A DNA stretch of 64,000 bases, taken from Pelagibacteraceae bacterium AG-313-A04 (GTDB lineage Bacteria; Pseudomonadota; Alphaproteobacteria; Pelagibacterales; Pelagibacteraceae). Positions 59,842 to 64,000 of this stretch are shown piece by piece (within the stretch, counting starts at the first letter, position 1; each line of letters starts with the position of its first letter). Location of the stretch: positions 955 through 64,954 of the forward strand of contig QBVU01000005.1 of the NCBI GenBank assembly GCA_003284275.1. Reading direction: 5' to 3'. Made by a program: the position numbers and the translations under genes. The notes below the pieces were generated by a model, which was not told the origin of the DNA, made no database searches, and saw only the letters and a program-made list of their open reading frames with translations.

Positions 59842-61245
59842 TTAATTTATTTTTACACCAAGATATCTTCTTCTATTATTGTTATTAATTATTGTTAACA
59901 ATAAAGTCTTCTCACCTTTTTTAAAAATTCCATCAACTATTTTATTCAAATCATTAGAATTTTTCACCGAATTTTTTTGTACTTCAATTATTATATCATT
60001 TTCGCTTAAGAGATTGGCTAAAGGGCTTCGATTAGAAATTTCAGTTATCACAACTCCTTTAGTTTTTTTGTTTAAATTTCTCTTTTTAATATCTTCGTCA
60101 TTTAAATCTCTTACTGCAATTTTTAAACTTTGGATATCTACATCTTTTTTAACAATTTTTGGTTTTGTTTCTTTAAACTCCTCTGATGTTTCGAGTCTTC
60201 CTAAAGTTAGTCTTTTTGAGATTAATTTTTTATTTCTCCAAATTTTAAGCTCGACACTTTTTCCAACTTCAGTGCTCGCAACGACATTTGGAAGTTTTTT
60301 CATTGTATTTATTTTTTTTCCATCAAACTCTAAAATAATATCACCTGCTTTAATTCCAGCTTTTTCTGCTGGACTACCTTGTCCAACACTTGCCACGAGA
60401 GCTCCCTCTGGTTTTTTTAATTTTTCAACGTCTGCTATTTCTTTTGTTACCTCTTGAATTCTTACACCTAACCATCCTCTTTTTGTTTCACCAAATTTAA
60501 TTAGTTGATCAATTACATTAGAAGCTGCATTGGCTGGAATTGCAAAACCGATTCCAATTGATCCAGATTGGCCTGGGGCTATGATTGCGGTGTTAACTCC
60601 GATTACTTCCCCTTTAAGATTAAATAGTGGTCCACCAGAGTTACCTTGGTTTATTGATGCATCAGTTTGAATAAAATCCTCATATCGCGTTAAACCAATT
60701 TGCCTGTTTCTTGCTGAGATTATTCCAGACGTTACTGTTCCACCTAGACCAAAAGGGTTACCAATAGCAACAACCCAGTCACCTACTCTTGCTTTATTTG
60801 AGTCTCCAAAACTTACAGGTTTAAATTTATCTTTCGTTTTCATTTTTAAAACTGCAAGATCCATATAAGGATCTGCACCTATGACCTCTGCATTATATTC
60901 TTTGTCACCAACTCTTATTAAAATATCCTCAGCATTGGCGATAACATGGTTGTTCGTAATGACGATACCTTCTTCTTTAATTATAAAACCAGAACCTAAA
61001 GATGAAGCTTTTCTCTCCGTTGGTCTTTCAAAATCTTTAAACATTTCACCAAAAGGTGAACCTGGAGGAAACTGAAAAGGGAATTGATTTGTTGATGTTT
61101 TTACAGTTTGTGTAGTTGAAATATTAACAACAGATGGCATCAATTTCTCCGCTAAATCAGCAAAAGAATTTGGAACAGCTTTAGCTTGAACAAACGAAAG
61201 ATTAAGAAGTACTATTAAGAAAAATAATTTTTTAAAATAACTCAT
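59842..61245 (-). CDS. degP: HtrA/DegP family periplasmic serine protease
   Basis: TNNHV, DLAVLK, TDASINQGNSGG, two PDZ domains. Confidence 0.9.
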   Translation of the reverse strand: MSYFKKLFFLIVLLNLSFVQAKAVPNSFADLAEKLMPSVVNISTTQTVKTSTNQFPFQFPPGSPFGEMFKDFERPTERKASSLGSGFIIKEEGIVITNNHVIANAEDILIRVGDKEYNAEVIGADPYMDLAVLKMKTKDKFKPVSFGDSNKARVGDWVVAIGNPFGLGGTVTSGIISARNRQIGLTRYEDFIQTDASINQGNSGGPLFNLKGEVIGVNTAIIAPGQSGSIGIGFAIPANAASNVIDQLIKFGETKRGWLGVRIQEVTKEIADVEKLKKPEGALVASVGQGSPAEKAGIKAGDIILEFDGKKINTMKKLPNVVASTEVGKSVELKIWRNKKLISKRLTLGRLETSEEFKETKPKIVKKDVDIQSLKIAVRDLNDEDIKKRNLNKKTKGVVITEISNRSPLANLLSENDIIIEVQKNSVKNSNDLNKIVDGIFKKGEKTLLLTIINNNNRRRYLGVKIN

Positions 61246-61431
61246 CTAATTTTTTATATACCAAATTATTAAAAAGCCGATAATCAAAAAAAACAATCCA
61301 AACGATCTTAGTTTATTTTCTGGTGTATTCTTGATTAACTCTAACATATTTTTAATTCTTGACGGGAAAATGGCAAGGAAAAGCCCTTCAATAAAAAAAA
61401 GCAAACCGATTGCAGTAATTAGCTCTTTCAC
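61246..61431 (-). CDS. DUF2065 (YjeT-like) small membrane protein
   Basis: AIGL.F.IEGL...FP...LR..G; typical position after hflC. Confidence 0.85.
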   Translation of the reverse strand: MKELITAIGLLFFIEGLFLAIFPSRIKNMLELIKNTPENKLRSFGLFFLIIGFLIIWYIKN

Positions 61432-61443
61432 AAAGTTATTTAT

Positions 61444-62319
61444 TTATCTTTTTATATTTGGTTTAGCTGACTTGCCAAAAAATTTAAAGAACTCGCTATC
61501 AGGAGATAGTACTAGTGAAGTTTCTCCACCAATTAAAGCTTTTTCATAAGCTTGCATTGCTCTATAAAACGCAAAAAACTGGGGATCCCTTCCGAAAGCA
61601 TTAGCGAAGATTTTATTTCTTTCTCCGTCCCCCTCACCTTTCATAATTTCAGATTTTTTGTTAGCTTGAGCTAAAATTACAGTCACATCTTTATCTGCTG
61701 TTGATCTAATTTTCTGTGCAATTTCTGCTCCTTGCGCTCTAAACTCTTTTGCCTCTCTTTCCCGCTCAGTCTGCATTCTTTTATAAATGGCTTCACTGTT
61801 GGCAGGAGGTAAGTCAGCTCGTTTAATCCTTACATCAACTATTTGAATTCCGAAATTTTGAGCTTCTTGGTTAACTTGAGACTGAATAATTTGCATCTGT
61901 CTAGCTCTATCAGTTGATAATAAAGTAGCTAATTCTTGTGTACCCAAAACACCTCTTATTCTAGAGTTTATGATAGTAGAAAGTCTTGATCTTGCTACTC
62001 TTTCATTTCCAACCGAAATATAAAATTTTAGCGGATCTACAATTTTAAATCTTGCAAAAGCATCAACAATTAATCTTTTCTGGTCTGCAGCAATTACTTC
62101 TTCTGGATCGTTATCTAAGTTTAAAATTCTTTTATCTAGATAAACAACGTTTTGAATAAATGGTAATTTAAAGTTTAATCCTGCTTTAGTTACAATTTTT
62201 TTCGGATCACCAAATTGAAGAACTATCGCTTGACTAATTTCTTGAACGATAAATAGAGATTGAAACACAACAACGGCAATCAAAACAACAGCAGGAACTA
62301 TGAGTTTAACGCCTCTCAT
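61444..62319 (-). CDS. hflC: FtsH modulator HflC
   Basis: SPFH domain; VDVRIKRADLP, RMQTERE, FFAFYR. Confidence 0.95.
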   Translation of the reverse strand: MRGVKLIVPAVVLIAVVVFQSLFIVQEISQAIVLQFGDPKKIVTKAGLNFKLPFIQNVVYLDKRILNLDNDPEEVIAADQKRLIVDAFARFKIVDPLKFYISVGNERVARSRLSTIINSRIRGVLGTQELATLLSTDRARQMQIIQSQVNQEAQNFGIQIVDVRIKRADLPPANSEAIYKRMQTEREREAKEFRAQGAEIAQKIRSTADKDVTVILAQANKKSEIMKGEGDGERNKIFANAFGRDPQFFAFYRAMQAYEKALIGGETSLVLSPDSEFFKFFGKSAKPNIKR

Positions 62320-63434
62320 TAACTATTCCCTCCTGATTTCTTCAGTTCTGGTAAAGGTAAATAAGGCACCACGCCTGAACCTGACTCTTTATCTATGATT
62401 ACTTTGTCAATATCAGCTAAAACTTTTTCCATTGTTTCTAAATACATTCTCTCTTGTGTAACCTGTTTTGCATTTTTATATTCATTATAAATTGCTAAAA
62501 ATCTACTAGCTTCCCCTTCCGCTTTGGCTACAACTTCTTTTTTGTAAGCCTCTGCTTGTTGAAGGACTTGCTCAGCTTCTCCTCGCGCTCTTGGAATAAC
62601 ATCATTAGCATAAGCTTCTGCTTCATTTTTTGACCTTTCCCTATCAGCTCTTGCAGCCTGAACATCTCTAAAAGCATCGATAACTTGTTCTGGTGGATCT
62701 GCTTGTTGAGTTTGAACCTGCGTAACTTGTATGCCTGAGCCATACTCATCTAAAATTATCTGCGTGATTTCCTGCACTTCAACTTCAATTTTTGATCTAC
62801 CTTCTGTTAAAATATTTTGAATTCTGTTTTTAGCGATAACTTCTCTCATAGCTGTTTCAGATGCTGCTTTGACTGTTTCAATTGGGCTTTGAATATTAAA
62901 TAAAAATTTTTGTGCGTCTTTAATAACCCAAAAAACTGAATAGTTAATATCTACAATATTTTCGTCACCGGTTAGCATTAAGCTTTCTTCAGGAACATTT
63001 CCTACACCAGAAGATCTTCCAGTATCACTTGCAGGTCTAAAACCTACATCAACTCTATTAACTTTGGTGACCTTAGGGGTTAATACTCTCTCGAAAGGTG
63101 TTGGAAAGTGATAATGTAATCCAGGTTGAGTAGTGTGAACATATTTTCCAAATCTTAAAACGACACCTTGCTCATCGGGTAAAACTCTGTAAAGACCGCT
63201 AGCAACATAAAGCAAAGCTATAACTAATAGTCCGATGATTATTGGACGTGAACCACCTGATTTTCCACCAGAAAATTTATTAATCGTTTTTTGAATATTT
63301 CTAATAATATCATCAAGACTAGGAGGATCCTGCCTTGAACCTGAGCCATTTCCACCTGGTGCACGTCCGCCGTCGCCTGGAGGGGGAGCACCCCAAGGTG
63401 ATTGATTTTTTAAGATTTTGTCTTTGAAACTCAT
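62319..63434 (-). CDS. hflK: FtsH modulator HflK
   Basis: PWG N-terminus, MLTGDENIVD, AF.DV..A, RMYLETME. Confidence 0.95.
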   Translation of the reverse strand: MSFKDKILKNQSPWGAPPPGDGGRAPGGNGSGSRQDPPSLDDIIRNIQKTINKFSGGKSGGSRPIIIGLLVIALLYVASGLYRVLPDEQGVVLRFGKYVHTTQPGLHYHFPTPFERVLTPKVTKVNRVDVGFRPASDTGRSSGVGNVPEESLMLTGDENIVDINYSVFWVIKDAQKFLFNIQSPIETVKAASETAMREVIAKNRIQNILTEGRSKIEVEVQEITQIILDEYGSGIQVTQVQTQQADPPEQVIDAFRDVQAARADRERSKNEAEAYANDVIPRARGEAEQVLQQAEAYKKEVVAKAEGEASRFLAIYNEYKNAKQVTQERMYLETMEKVLADIDKVIIDKESGSGVVPYLPLPELKKSGGNS

Positions 63435-63470
63435 GACACTTTATATAGTGACTTTTGCTGTAAAAACAAG
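63435..63470 (-). promoter_or_regulatory. Putative RpoH-type (heat-shock) promoter of hflKC-degP
   Basis: CTTG (63470-67) and CTATAT (63448-43), 8 nt before ATG; resembles the alphaproteobacterial CTTG...CYTATNT consensus. Confidence 0.45.
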
Positions 63471-63517
63471 TTATGTAAGAGCGATATTATGTCTAAATTG
63501 TTCAATAAAGTAAAAAG

Positions 63518-64000
63518 ATGAGCCAAAAACCGCCGCCAAAACAATTTGTCAAAACTCCAATTAAAGGGACTAAGTCTGTAATATTAGTTTCAAGTGCTAA
63601 AGGTGGTGTTGGAAAATCCACTGTCGCTATTAATCTTGCTTTTGCATTACAAAATTTGGGATTAAAAATTGGAATTCTTGATGCAGATGTCTACGGTCCA
63701 TCACTCCCAAAATTAATTAATTTAAATAAGAAACCGGACAGTGCAGATGGTAAGGAAATTGTTCCATTAGAAAAATATAACGCTCAATGTATGTCTATGG
63801 GATTTTTGGTAGATGAGCAAACACCAATGATTTGGAGAGGTCCCATGGTAATCAGTGCTATAAAAACGATGACACAAAAAGTTTTGTGGAAAGATCGTGA
63901 TGTCATTGTAATTGATATGCCTCCAGGAACAGGTGATACTCAATTAACTTTTGCACAAGAGGTAAAAGTTGATGGAGCAATTATTGTTTCAACTCCGCAA
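63518..64000 (+). CDS. mrp: Mrp/ApbC (NBP35) Fe-S cluster carrier ATPase, truncated by window edge
   Basis: Manual translation gives MSQKPPPK...SSAKGGVGKSTVA, LDADVYGPS, MIWRGPMV, IDMPPGTGD. Confidence 0.92.
   Translation, partial: MSQKPPPKQFVKTPIKGTKSVILVSSAKGGVGKSTVAINLAFALQNLGLKIGILDADVYGPSLPKLINLNKKPDSADGKEIVPLEKYNAQCMSMGFLVDEQTPMIWRGPMVISAIKTMTQKVLWKDRDVIVIDMPPGTGDTQLTFAQEVKVDGAIIVSTPQ

Noticed and set aside
63436-63451. NrdR-box-like palindrome ACACTTTATATAGTGA before hflK
   Set aside because: Single copy with no nucleotide-reduction gene nearby; better explained as the -10 of an RpoH-type promoter
63489-63521. 10-codon ORF MSKLFNKVKR overlapping the mrp start (ATGA)
   Set aside because: Too short, with no convincing SD; likely chance in AT-rich DNA

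Overview
AT-rich, very gene-dense alphaproteobacterial chromosome segment. Gene content, minimal spacers and riboswitch types point to SAR11 / 'Candidatus Pelagibacter' (inferred, not database-checked). Most of it is core metabolism. It carries gcvT-H-P under a tandem glycine riboswitch, acnA-prpD, two LIV-type ABC transporters, and a TTT transporter next to the glutarate hydroxylase csiD. It also has a thiol/sulfur cluster (grxC, ccdA, msrB, cysE, gshAB, metY, rhodanese), mreBCD-mrdA-rodA plus a bactofilin, ilvIHC-leuA, miaA, hflKC-degP and a partial mrp. I saw no rRNA, tRNA, CRISPR array, prophage or IS element. The most interesting signals are mainly regulatory. (1) The ~270-nt metY leader stacks a SAM-II aptamer variant, a terminator/antiterminator, a SAM-V aptamer, an SD-occluding hairpin and a chain of two overlapping mini-ORFs ending on the metY start. 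(2) An identical TTAATTAATTAAC leader element with matching promoter geometry precedes all three solute-binding-protein genes. (3) A secreted HEXXH protein is embedded inside an ABC transporter operon. (4) A tandem lipoprotein paralog pair has distinct promoter signatures. (5) Several genes have leaderless-type promoters. All calls come from reading the sequence by eye; no searches were run.
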